64,000 nucleotides of DNA from Tubiluchus corallicola (taxonomy: Eukaryota > Animalia > Priapulida). Where the stretch lies: the NCBI GenBank assembly GCA_030141605.1, contig JAQGDQ010000149.1:431619-495618 (forward strand). The letters run 5' to 3'. Positions within the stretch are counted from its first letter, which is position 1; each line of letters starts with the position of its first letter. Below, in pieces: positions 1 to 12,700 of this stretch. Position numbers and translations under genes: made by a program. The notes under the pieces were generated by a model, which worked only from the letters and a program-made list of their open reading frames with translations, did no database searches and was not told where the DNA came from.

Positions 1-478
1 CTAAAAAAGTTTTTAGTGAGCTTTTTTGGGTTAAATCTGTATTCTATGCAGGTATCATTATATTCATATATGCTGCAGCCTCATTTCTAGCTTTAGAACT
101 GTTTATTGTATAGGGATGCCAATGTCTATAAGCTGACAAATTGTCTGTGTCTGGTGTTAACTGATTTTAAACAAAACTTATTTCTTGATTAAGCTAAATT
201 TAAAACTTAGTAATTGTTATAAATTTTAGTAATTGATAAGCATATCCACTAATTGTTTTTAGTCGTGCAATTCGTAGTGTTCTGTATGCGTGTTGAGAAG
301 CACCAAATTGTTGGCTGTAGTAGAACTTAGAGGGTCAGCTAAAAAAGTAACATGAAAATGTTTTTTATCTGCAGAGTAAAACACACACAGTTTTAAAAAG
401 CACTGTCAATGTTAAGGTTTTGTATATATCTATTTTGTTTTTTTGTTTGTGTATGACTATGATTTTTTTTTAAAAAAG

Positions 479-3400
479 ATTGCAAGAAATGGAAATGAAG
501 AAAATAGCTGAAGAGCGAAGAAGAGAGAAGTTGGAAGACCAGAAAGCTAGGTGAATGTTAGGTCAAATAGAACGCTTGTTTTAGAACTTCTGAAACTATG
601 TATACAACAGACTGAAACTGTTAATAGGACAGGTTTTTCACAAAGTAGCGGGTACTTTCCCAAGTACTTAATCAATGAAAGGCACAGATTTTGCTGTAGC
701 AAGTTATTTCAATATATTTTGTTATACATAATTTTCATCCGCAAAAGGGCTACAACATATCTTTCATGAATGTCTCCACATGTATATTATTAAAGCATGT
801 CTGAGTGACAGTTTTCGTGCATTATATTTAATAATGATTTGAGCAGCCATTTTTTTGAGTTAAAAGAAGCTTTGAATAGGGTAATGTTTGTATAGTTTTG
901 ATATCCTCGAACAAAAATGCCCATAATGGCGTAACTGCATGAGATATCAGTGCAAAACTATATATTTTCTGAAAGAGAATTAAATTTTCTTTCTAGCACT
1001 GTAAATAAAATGCTTAGGTTTTATTATTTAGTTGAGTAATTAATAAGATGATGCAAAATGTCTGCATAATTTTTGTTTCAAAGCCTTCTAGTTTCCAAGT
1101 GATAGCTTGTATTTAAAACTGTTCAACATAAAAACTGTAGAGCATTCTTTTCTGCACAAGAGTTTGCAAAAAGTATTCAAATCATTCTAACTGTAAATTT
1201 AACAGCTGTTCAAATGTGCTAAGGTGTTATGAAATTTGTACAGGAATACAATGGCTTGCTGCAAGTGAGTCTGCCCTGTGCAGCTATTGAATTGACAGTT
1301 GCCACTGTCAAGTATGATCAGTAGCTGCATAGTAATTTAGCATGCATCGTATTGTTTTATGAATTCGTTTGCTTGCAAGGGTTTTTGCAAATGCTGAAAG
1401 TTTGTTAGCACATACACAGTATTATTGACAAATAAAATGACAGAAATTATCACTAGATATTATATACATGTAATTGATTGTTAACTAAGTGATAAATGCA
1501 TTTGTGAAATTGTTCAAAATTTCAAAAAATACAAAAACGCTGTTAATATTTTTTCATTCTTCATATTGTACATTCAAAGGCACTAACATTCAAGTGTGTT
1601 CAGAGTGCTGCTCACTGTCAGCACTTGCTGTTGTTACATCCTGTGAACACACACCCAGATGACAACAAAAAGTACCGTGGCAGGCTAATAACAGCCTGTG
1701 CTAATGAGTCACACGGCAGATCAATGTTCGCTGCTACGCTGAGATGCTGTACAAGCGCAAAACGAAACTTGTTCATTAGTATGCAAAAAATTTTCTTCAA
1801 ATACTGACAATGAAGAATACAACAGAACTTTTATTGTTCTTATAGTATTTACTAGTATTTTAGCTACTTTTTTCAAAATTTTATTTAATTTTGAGTGTAG
1901 AAAGTTCAGAGAATAACACATTGTTTTTACCCATCATCTGTATGTGCCGGTCAGGAAGCAGTTAAGGGATATCCACATACAACGTATTGGCCAGAAATAA
2001 AAAACATCTTTTGTTCACTTGCCTAGTTCCCTTATTACAGTATTACCTGCTGCATACAATGCATATCACTACTTCTTTGTAAAATGTCCTATAATGGACT
2101 AAATTTGAGCAGTTTTTTTGTCATTTGAGAAAATGGGCGCAACTTAAGTTAAATTTTACATTAGGCCTTTCATTTAATTTAGTTGCAAATGCAGGAAAAT
2201 ACATCCATGGGCTGGGCTTTGCACCAAATTCCACAGAGGGTACTTGCAATAATACCCTAGATACCTTAGCTGGTTGCCTGCCTGCTCCATGAGTCCCTGC
2301 GTGCCACTGAGCTTATCACTGCTGTTATTGTTTATTTACAGATTAATCACACTGCTACTAAATAAAAAAATCAGTCTGTGTCATTAGCAAAAAGTGTTAT
2401 GTAGGCTAATTTACATTAAACATATGTTTTTCATTATGTTTATTGAACTTTAAGAGCATAATTGAAATAAATATTAACTAAACGTAATTAGATAGTAAGA
2501 TTTGAGAAATTACTCGCTGTTTGTTTGCCATTACATTATCTTTTCCTTTTTGTCATTGCAGGCAAAGAGTCAAAGAGCAAATAGCAAAGGACAGAGAAGA
2601 CAGGAAGCACCGTGACGTAAGCAACTTGTTTTTTTTCCAAATTTCAAGTATTAGAGGAGAGAATTTCTTTTTGTACATGTTGGTTGCAAAATTAGTTAAA
2701 CACTACTCCAGAATTGGACAGCCTGTCGAAAAAGTCTTCTTAGACATGGAGGCAATTAATTCTCCTGTCAGGCTTGAAAAGTACTTTGTATTAATTTAAT
2801 AATAGCTATTTACATGTCTTTACTGATCAATCAACAGATAATCGTGTGGTGGGTTAAATTAAGCTCAAGACCTTTAACTCCTTCAGGACTGTAAGCGTTT
2901 GCTGTATTTTGCACGGGTTCATGAAAAATTGCTTTCACTAAGTAGCGATTACATTATATTTGATAATTTTTGTAGGGTTCTTCTCGTCACACAGTAGGTT
3001 TTCATGCAAAATTATATATAAAAACCATATGCTTTCTTTAGACAAATTAAAAATCGATTTTTGACTAAATATTGAAAAAAGCTTTCAGCAGTTGCAGTGT
3101 TTGTATTATAACAAACTACAGTATCACTTGTGTGAAATCGGGTAATGCAAAAAATTTCAACTATCCAGACACAACACTCCGATACACTTTGGCCTCAAGT
3201 CCACTCTATTCTTAAGGAGAAGTTCCTGTTAAAAGATGAAACGACCTTAATTTGTCCTTCGCTGATCAGTTGGTTTTTTCTGGAATAGCAGCAGAACAGG
3301 GCACAGCTTGGGTACACCAGACTAAGCTACTCGATAGACTAAGTTGGAGTGGCTGAAAATAGTGTGTTTTTCTTAATTTTATCTAATTAAATCACTTATA

Positions 3401-6400
3401 AATGTTTAAGCAAATAGCATGATTGGATAGCCTAGATTCTCCTGAAAAGACCAATACCTAATTTGTAATTATTTAATTATGTCTGTACTCATACAGTAGC
3501 AAAAAAGTCATAGGTCTTATAAGCTTATAAGATATAAGACCTATTTTGAATGGGGTGGTCCTGAAGGAGTTAACCATCTGCATAGAAGAGATTGTTTTAT
3601 GGACTTAATTTTGAAACAGATAAATATTGGGTTTTTATTAGCACGATTGGAAATGCTACTTTTACTGTTTCTCGCTACAGCTGTCTTTATTAGTTCCATG
3701 TAAAAAAGTATGACTGTTTTGCACATATTTTATAATACTGTGAATTCTACTACATTTTGCCGACATAAAAACGAGTGTTTTGTTATTGTGACATGTAAGT
3801 GGTAAACTTATCTGTAAACGAATAATTATTGTATAAATTTTCAGTGTTGATTCACTTGGTGTTCTTGCAGTTACAAAATCAAAATGTTGCTGCATCAGCA
3901 ACAGCAACTGTACCACAATTGGCAAAGACGTCTGTGCAGCAACAGCCTAAAAAAGAGTATGATAAGTGTAGATTACAGGTAAGGTGTACTTGTTATGCAT
4001 ACACGTACAGTAGGCGCCGCTTAATACACTCACTTTGGGACGGAAGTGTTTTGAGCCAATAACCGAGTGAGTCAATTAGCCGAAGGGTTTAGTATATTAC
4101 AGGTATATTAGTATATACAAGTATGAGTAATCACTCACCACCTTGATAGGCATTGCAAAGGCTTTAAATGAATCTTAGAAATGAACTAGTTGACAATGTT
4201 TCTGACGTGGTCAAAAACTGAAGATTTTGCAACAATAGTTACAAAATTTGGCCTTAAAGATGAAGAGATGACAGTTTTTCTTGGAAGTGCTTATTTTCTT
4301 TTATTATTTACCTTGCTTGATACATGGGAAGTCCATTTCACATTGAAACCTCAGCTTTCACTGTTCAGCCCATCACCCACAGGTCCAAAGTCAACCAATC
4401 TTGGCATAACTTAGATCATTCAGTTTGTCTCATTGAGGCCTTTCATTTGATGTACTACAAGCTAATTTCGGTCGACACTGGAAGACATTTGTCTCCTCGA
4501 CCCCTATGTTGCCTCGAACTGGGTCACAGGGTTAACAGATCACATTGTAACCTATACCATTCGATTTGCCTCATCGACACCTTTCATTTGATATGCTACA
4601 AGGTACCATTTTTCAACACTTGGTGCACTTCAGTTCCCGACCCCATTTTTGGCGGTTTTTGCCCCCTAGCAGAAAATTTTGCTGTACGCGCATGTCCCAT
4701 ATTTTGTGATGTGCAAGGCCATGACCCCACCTAGCAACGTACCAAGTAGTGTGGCCCTAATTCAAAAACTATGGGAGCAGATGGATCCTAAAGAAAAGTA
4801 AATGAAGACCCAGCCGCTCCGTGACCTTTGCCCCAACAACTCAGGTCAGTTGTATACATGTATACATAGATAACTTTGCCCAGAGAATTTTACCCTGTGA
4901 GCTTTTTGTCCCTAGTCCTCAGCATGTAAAAGGTCACCAATTGGGGGCACCCAAATTTTGGTCCCTCCCCCAGTGTATACATGTATACATAGATAACTTT
5001 GCCCAGAGAATTTTACCCTGTGAGCTTTGTGTCCCTAGTCCTCAGCATGTAAAAGGTCACCAATTGGGGGCACCCAAATTTTGCATTTTTGGTCCCTCCC
5101 CCAGTGGTTTAAAACTTGTCAGCTTTTTGAAACCCCAGGTGCACATCTACCCCACAGTACGCATATACTTGTGGAAAAAAAATCGGAAAAACCGAGAGCC
5201 CTAGGAGGAGATGCATTCTAAAGGAAAAACTGACATATGCCCACTGCCCTTCCCCCCTTGATCAGTGGTCAGTGGTCACCACACTGTTGTACATCCCCGC
5301 ACCGGGCTACCAATCCTGTGAGTTTGGTGATCCTAGTTTGCAAGGCCTACGAGTTATTAAGCGTTAAAGTGGCAGAGAATAAATAAGAATAATAATAAAA
5401 ATAATAAATAACTCGGTGAAAAACAGTAAGATTTTGCTGTAGCAAAATCTTAATTAATGTCAAAATACCTGCGTGCAATTATTTAAGAAGCAATTTATAT
5501 CAGTGAATTAATAAAAAAAGAAAAAAATTGCAAAAGTCTGATTATTACCATTAAAAATTACAACAATTACACAAGGTCATTTGCTTCATTTTTCATGAAG
5601 AAGTTGGTTTATGAAATTCTCACAGTGATAAAAACATTGAAAATCTGTTATTGTAGGCTGCACATATTTATGCGAAACACCTAGTCACCGAGTGCTTGAG
5701 CTGCAGTTGGTGATGACCTTTTAAAAAGCAGTAGGAGCTTCAAAAAACAAACTGCCGGGCAAGTGATTAAATGCTTAGCTTCCAGAAACAAGAACTACAA
5801 CACGAGGTTAATTGCAGAGGCTAAGCGGGTGACAGATTCAATGCAAAACCGCTGCACTAACATATTATGGCATTATGATGAACGTACTGTACCTTCTTAC
5901 AAACAAAGCTGTACTTAACGTGACTGACTGTTTTTAAGTATATTATAGTGCACAAAATTGACGTAAAATGACATGAAGCAGCAAAAGCTCTTTGGGCACA
6001 CACCTTATTTTACGTGCGTGAAGTAAAATATTGAGTAAATTATGCGGAGTTATTTGAGTCAATTACTGACAGTTTTTATATACATTTCAAAAAGGAGCGG
6101 TTCCAGGTGTTTTTGAGTCAATTAAGGGACTGAGTCTATTAACCGTGAGTCTAATAAATGGCGTCTACTGTATAAGATCATTTAATGCCTGGGAATGGGA
6201 ATTAAGTAATCCTTCTCTTATTAAGAATATTCACAAAAGAATGGCTCACAGGTAAATGCCAAATTTTCGTTGCACTAAATGTGGCTGTTTTACAGAAATG
6301 AATATCTATTATTTTGGAATCAGTGCATTTACAGTAACTGTATCTTCATTGGGTCTACATGCACGCTAACATTAACACTTTTATGTCAGAAGCGACGCAA

Positions 6401-7906
6401 ACTAAATGTGATTACTTTTATATTATCCAACCAAGAAATGTGTACATCTGACATTTTGAATTTATTTCTAATTGCAGATAAGATTACCGACTGGTCAGTC
6501 TCTCACACAACAGTTTGGTGTCAGGGAACAGTTAGCTGCTGTACGACTTTATGTGCAAATGAACCGGACAGATGGCAGCACGGATCCTTTCGCCCTAATG
6601 ACCACATTTCCAAAGCGGGTTTTCACAGAAGAGGATATGGAAAAACCACTTTCTGAATTAAGTATGCAAGCTAAATTTCTGTAATAGTCTAAACAACAAA
6701 AGAATTAAAGCAGTGTGAATGGTATCCATTGCAGTAGCCTAAATGTTTCTGAACTGTTAAACATTTTAAAAGGAAATTGCAAACCAGAAGAAAATTACTA
6801 AGATACTTGGTATCCTTTTTGTGTAACAGTATAGTCCTCTAGAACCAGGTATCTGTATTCAAAGGCAAGGCCTACCCAGATAATTGTGGAAGAGTCAGAA
6901 CCTCTCATTATCAATGATTCTTCTCAGTGGCATTGATGTCTTCACTGCCTTCAGATGTATATAAAACTTTGTTTGCATGTTTGTTTACATTGGTAATTTG
7001 AAAAAAGCACGACTTAGTAAGTATTTGGAAACTGCCTGCATCCCAGCAGAAGCAGGTAATGATAAAAAAACATTGTTTTGGTACAGTCGAATCCATGTAA
7101 TGCGATTTTCTGTATTGAGTGTATTTCGTACTGTCCATTATGTACATTTTATTAACTCCCAATGTTATTTCTAATGTAAAATAGCAATTATACGATGCTT
7201 GTAATTTCTACATTGGTTATCTTTTGACCAGTGAGCATAACTTAAGCTTGTTAACTCCAGATTCCCACAAGTACAAATTACAAACAACACACTGCTAGTT
7301 AGTCTAGTAGAAACAGACCAGCATGTTAGAGGGTTAGTAGTGTCAGAGAGTCTGTAGTACGTGGCTTTTTGCTGGTTTGGTATTGAATACCTGTAAGCAG
7401 CTGGCAGTAAGAAATTGGCAATTTGAACTATAATGGCAAATTTTTATCAGAGTGGGCAGCCAAAGTTTTTTTTAGTAATCAATAATTTGACTGTGTGGCA
7501 TTTAAATCTATGCAGTTCAGGATGCTGACTGATTAAATTAGGCCCAGCATAATGATGTGTAAAAACAATCGATTGGCAAGGTGGGCAAGGGCAGAAATCG
7601 TATTACAAGTGTTTTTTATATTGAACTCATATTGGCGAGACTTTGAGAAATTATTGTATAAGCGGGGCTTTTGTAGTAATGAGTTTCATACTAACCATAA
7701 GTTATTACATAGGCTTTGTTATAACTTTGGCAGGGACATAATAAAGTCATCGTACTACTGGGACTTTTCGTTATAAACCGAATCGTATTACCAGCATTTG
7801 ATTGTACATGCATGCATTTTTGTGAAAGTACAAAACTAAGAAGCTTCTCTTGTTTTTTTCAGATCTGGTGCCATCAGCAGTTGTATTAGTGACCAAGCCA
7901 ACATGA
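479..7906 (+). CDS. UBXN1: UBX domain-containing protein 1 (p97/VCP cofactor), 3' part. Exons 479-550, 2562-2616, 3871-3978, 6478-6661, 7863-7906; upstream exons lie outside the window.
   Basis: AG/GT-bounded exons join in phase. They give the coiled coil LQEMEMKKIAEERRREKLEDQKARQRVKEQIAKDREDRK, then the UBX domain [36 protein letters not shown]...[35 protein letters not shown]-stop. This closely resembles vertebrate UBXN1/SAKS1 as I recall it. Confidence 0.93.
2878..3569. mobile_element. piggyBac-type MITE in a UBXN1 intron
   Basis: Perfect 12-bp TIRs CTCCTTCAGGAC / GTCCTGAAGGAG, flanked by TTAA at 2874-2877 and 3570-3573. No transposase ORF. Confidence 0.85.
4184..5453 (-). mobile_element. 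Helentron/Helitron2-associated non-autonomous element (HINE/DINE-like)
   Basis: Terminal hairpin TAAGATTTTGC-TGTA-GCAAAATCTTA (5427-5452) next to an AAT-rich microsatellite. A matching sub-terminal AAGATTTTGC lies at 4221-4230 and CTAG at 4186-4189. There is an internal 123-bp tandem duplication, and a second diverged copy at 20342-20953. Confidence 0.65.
4851..5103. repeat. Two-copy tandem repeat, period 123 bp
   Basis: TGTATACATGTATACATAGATAACTTTGCCCAGAGAA... starts at both 4851 and 4974; the copies are near-identical. Confidence 0.9.
7084..7804. mobile_element. Tc1/pogo-like MITE (family B, copy 1)
   Basis: TA|CAGTCGAATCC...CATTTGATTG|TA with imperfect TIRs. The interior is collinear with 13056-14189 (e.g. 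TTCTAATGTAAAATAGCAATTA, GGCAAATTTTTATCA, ACATAGG.TTT.TTATA). Confidence 0.7.
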
Positions 7907-9744
7907 TATTATTGAGAAAGGCAAGTACGAAAGCAAGTTTTTCGAGTTAAACGTGAATTAGTTTGTCGTGGTGCGACTGGGACCTAACTCATTATCAATT
8001 TCAGGCTTCCAAGATGACTTAATGGTCCATTTACACGATTAGTTTTTTAACTGTTGAACTAAAGCTGACAAACAAAAATAGTTAAGATGAGCTGCCGAAC
8101 TCAGCTGCATACAGATGCAGCCTCTCTTCGAGGAAAATAGTCCTTATCAGCACAGAGAATAAAACCACCCAGAGCAAAAATTGAAGCAGTTCATCATTCA
8201 CTCACTGACCAGCCTCTGCACCACCTTAACTTCAGTAACCAAATTACCATGCTGCCACTGAACATTGCCTAGAAGTTGTACAACTTGCTGTAAAATATTC
8301 GTATCAAGTTTTAGCACACTGTCTGTTTCAAAATTGAAATTGACAGTGTCACCGTACTGAACAAATGTATACTGGTTATTTTCCAATCTACGTTGATATT
8401 GGTTACCATTGGTGCAAAAAGAATGTGAAATTTTTTCCAAATTTAAAAAGTTAGGAACTTGAAGGATTTCGAATATTTGAAGTTACTCCATTGCTCAGTC
8501 CGAATTAATAAAATTTTTACCATTGTCAAACCAGTTTAATATAGTGGGAATGTGGCATCTACAAAAATGGTAGTTGCATAGCTGAAGTCACTTCTCTTTA
8601 TTATTAATATCAGAAAAACTAAACATGAAAACGTTATACGTAAGACATGCCACCTATCCAGTATGTATGTGAAAGTCTGACTTCTCCAGTTTGGATGAAT
8701 ATTTTGTTTTTATTTTCAGAGATGGAGCATTTGTACAGTTGGAAAGCAATATTGAACGTGCAGGCACACACAAGAAAGCATCCGAGTGTTGAACTTTGAT
8801 TCTTCTTTGAGCCTGCATCACCAGCACCATTTACCTTGGCACCTACATGACACACCTATGAGACTGCACTTGTTCAGTCGTTTGAAGTGGTTATCGTCGA
8901 AGATTATTTCCATATTCACACTTTAGGACTGCTAGAAAGCCTACTTTTAAAACAAGTACTACAAGTCCTGAGTATATTTTATTGTAATGAAAATAACTAT
9001 ACATAAAAAGTGATACTGTAAAATGAAGGTTCAAATAACAGCATGAGCTCATGCCTAAAAGTATTCTACTACTTGATGTACAAAAAGCAAAAATAATTAA
9101 ATAAATGTCAGCAAAAGCTGAAAGTTGGCCAGTAACTGTAACGTAAGATAATGCTCAAATGTGCTAGCTGAAGGATTTCGTTAATCACACGTTCAAATTA
9201 TGCAATACATTGACCAGTGTTTCTATCATCTATTTTTTTGTAAGTTCCATAATTCACTGTGGTTGTTGTCTCTTGTAATTATTTTCGATGCTTTAGTGAA
9301 GGTAAATTATAAATTGAAAGAAAGTTGTAATTGCACATTTAGCACTTGAAACATGTACTGTATGAGACATGAACTGCATAGGGTAAAATATATTAACTTT
9401 ACTAGGATCTGGCAGCAAACTGCAACTATAAATCTATAAACATAATGCTTAATATTTAATGAATTCTCAATCTCATATTTTGTGAAGCTGAAAAGTAATT
9501 CAGCAGGTAGGTTCAAACACTACATTTGTATAATATAAGCTTTCGAAGTCTACATTCAATTAAATAATAGATTTTAAGTGTCGGTAGTTGTTCAATGTTT
9601 TACTATGAAAAAATAAAAAATGCAACTTTGTGAAACTCATTTTAAATAAATAAGTCGTAAAATATTAAGAACAACACAAAAAAGTATAATGACTAATTAA
9701 TGCTGAATGGTATTTCGTGGAAATGTATTAAGGATGACTTGATG

Positions 9745-12700
9745 CTATAGAGTTGGTGTTCGCCGGTGACGTACTACTTTGCTTGAAGGAATACTTTCAG
9801 CCGAAACTAACTCAACAGACTCATCATCTTTGCTGTCATTGCGCTGGGCATCTATATTAAATTTGATATTTGACTCAGCACTTGCTTCTGAAGAATTTTC
9901 GTCATCTTCTTTGTGCACATGAATTGCAGGCACTTTTTCATTACTACTACCTCCTAGCGAATTCAGTTTTGTAGGGACTGAGAATCGACCTGCACAAAAT
10001 AAAAGACATTGGTGCACCCTCGGGAGGGATTCAATGCATAAGCTCAGAACAGAATAAAATTACTGGGAGTTGGCAGACATAATCATTTTACAATTAAGTT
10101 CAGCGTGAGATTGATTTTGCACAACAAAAATTGTATGAAATAGGAATCAGCAAACTTTCAATGTTATCTTGCTTTAGCAACATATTGACAAATTGCATTT
10201 TTGTCCTGTTTCTACAGATGAGAGAATATTTGGACAAGGAATTCACAGCAGAGATAGTTTACCGACTAAATGTTTTTCTTATTCAGTAGGATTGGATTAT
10301 CCTGAGTCTGATGACACCATGGAAAACACATTCTCAAAAGTTGAATTTCTGAGACTAGACTTTTAGTATATAATTAAGTCCCACGCAAAACTTTATGAAA
10401 ATTTTATTCTAAGAATCAATTTGATATTCCCAAAGGTACTGAGCTTATGTAACACTTATTATTATGCTGTACACTAATTAAATCTGTCTTCAGCAGTCAA
10501 ATAGAATTTTTTTACAATGCTGTAAGTCAGATGAGATAAATAGTAATATAAATTGTACACACCCCTCTCACTAACAAGCCTTTCGCGGGCTGCAATTCTC
10601 CTCCTTTCCAGCGAAGGGTCATAATCTATTCTAATAATTGTTTGTTGCTGATCCTGTTTCCAAAGATATTGGTACCATGACAACAACGCAATCACTGACA
10701 ACATCATCATATTGAAGGAAATACCAGCTAAGGCTGAAGTCAGTGGAAATCGGAACAAAAGGTACCTAAAAATAAAACAGAGTTTTACTGATCTACACTA
10801 TCTACAAGGACATTACTGACTCTCTGCTATTGCTGTAAGGACATAAACAGCTGCTCAGCTGTGTCATATAAATATGTTAGTGGTAGTGTTGAGCTCTCAA
10901 TACTCTTTTTACCTTTGCGAAAAGCACTAAAGCTTGAGAATTGCCAAAAATAAATTTACAGAAACAATCAATCAGTCATTATCAGTGTTGGCTAATAAAG
11001 AAACCTTACGTATGACCACTTACCGAAGACCTGTAAAATGAGCATGAATTACTAGAAAAGCTGAATAAATTTCGATGCGCTTGCTCTGTATTTCAATATA
11101 AGCACCCAGAGCTGGTCTATACTGAAAAGCAAAAAACGTATTGAATGTATCACTTTACTCAGATCCGCAAAATTTGGATTTTCATTATTATAATCTTCAT
11201 GGAAAGAAAAAATTATCAGGAAAGTGACCACTTGCGTATTAACACTAACATTTCGCAATGAAACTAGCACAAACAGATAAACTTTACTAATAGTGTGTGA
11301 AAGCAGGCAACATGCTAGTCAAGTTATATCACATGCATTATCTTGGAACAATGCATTTAATGCTGTAAACCACTTAGCTGACTATCTTAGTAAATATGAC
11401 TGTACCAACTGTTTGCCACAGTGCTACTTACTACTAATGCTATACAATTCTGACAGGGCTGGAATCTTATCTTATTGCCAAGGATAATCCTCAGAAAATG
11501 AGACACATGACTGGCAAAGCCGTAGAGGTGAATTAACCACATTAGACACGATTATAACCTTCCCTTAAGAAGGATAAGGTGGAGGCTGAAGAAACGGCTC
11601 ATATGCACTTTTACCAACAGCTACATTTCCACTTACTAGTCAGGCCTGACACTTCTTAATTGCACATGGTGTCCACTCAACAATTCCCTTGCTCATACAA
11701 AACACTGTTGCCATAGCAAGATTGTAATAAATACTTGAATAATCTATGCAAAATTATTATTGAATAGAATCTACATACGTAGCTAGATTGCATCTGCCAA
11801 TCAATTATAGTTCAATTGTCAGCAGCTGCTTTATAAAATGAACTTCTTGACTAAAGTTTAAAACTTAAGCAGTGATGTTTAATCGAATAAGCTAAGAATT
11901 CTAAATGTAGTGCAGCAAGCACTAGTTCACTTTGTGGCATCAAATATAGGGAACTATATCTTTTTTACAGAAATAAACTGTAGCCTTGTAAACAAAAATG
12001 TAAAAAAAAATTAACATTAGGTAATAATAAAGGTAACCGTGCTGTAACCACTACATTTTTATTTATGGAAAGACTAGTTGTAAAATAGAAGTTAATAATT
12101 TTTACCGCATCTTCTAAATAATTATGAAAGACTTCCACAGACTGAATTTGTTCCTCTTTCATCTGATCTAATATCAGAAGAGCCGAATAACAGAGAGTAT
12201 ACAAATAGCGCAGCAGTGTAGACTTGTAGTGTAACATTGCCTGTTCAAAAAAAAAGACACTAAAGGATCTGAATGTTCTAAAGCAGTTTTAAATGTTTTT
12301 ATGCGGAACTGCAGAATATTTAATGATTACTAAAACAAACAAAATCAGACAAGATTGCAGAAGAGTGAGGTTGGAGAATTATTTATGCTCGCCATTATAG
12401 AAAGTTGATCTCAATTTCGCAATTGCAGTCAGACTAATACCAAAGATATGTAGAATTACTATCCCAAATTCAAAGATTTGCCCACTGTCTAAATTAGGAT
12501 AACAGTCTAAGATGAATAGTTCTTAAACATATACTTTTCTGTAATAAATTAAACAAGTCAAATTAAAAAAAATTAACTTACCCAAGCTAATAATGGTTAT
12601 TGAGAATGTTTGACAAAATAAACAAGTAATCAATTGATCAATGACAAAACTGTACAGTTTTATAACTGAAAAGCCTTTAGATCAATTTACATGAGCAGAT

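Larger units (their letters stand above)
4008..6170. mobile_element. Tc1/mariner (pogo/Tigger-like) non-autonomous element, interrupted by a Helentron-like insertion
   Basis: TA|CAGTAGGCGCC...GGCGTCTACTG|TA: imperfect TIRs starting CAGT, with TA on both sides. Confidence 0.75.

Noticed and set aside
790-1965. Possible second piggyBac-like MITE in a UBXN1 intron
   Set aside because: The right end GGTCAGGAAGCAG|TTAA is suggestive, but no convincing matching left TIR was found.
4324-5204. ORFs of 136 and 127 aa with repeated peptides
   Set aside because: They are translations of the non-coding Helentron-like repeat and its tandem duplication.
8050-8950. ORFs 8198-8440 and 8634-8855 between UBXN1 and seipin as a gene
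   Set aside because: No ATG starts or coherent splice pattern. There is only a faint resemblance to a decayed hAT transposase, too weak to annotate.
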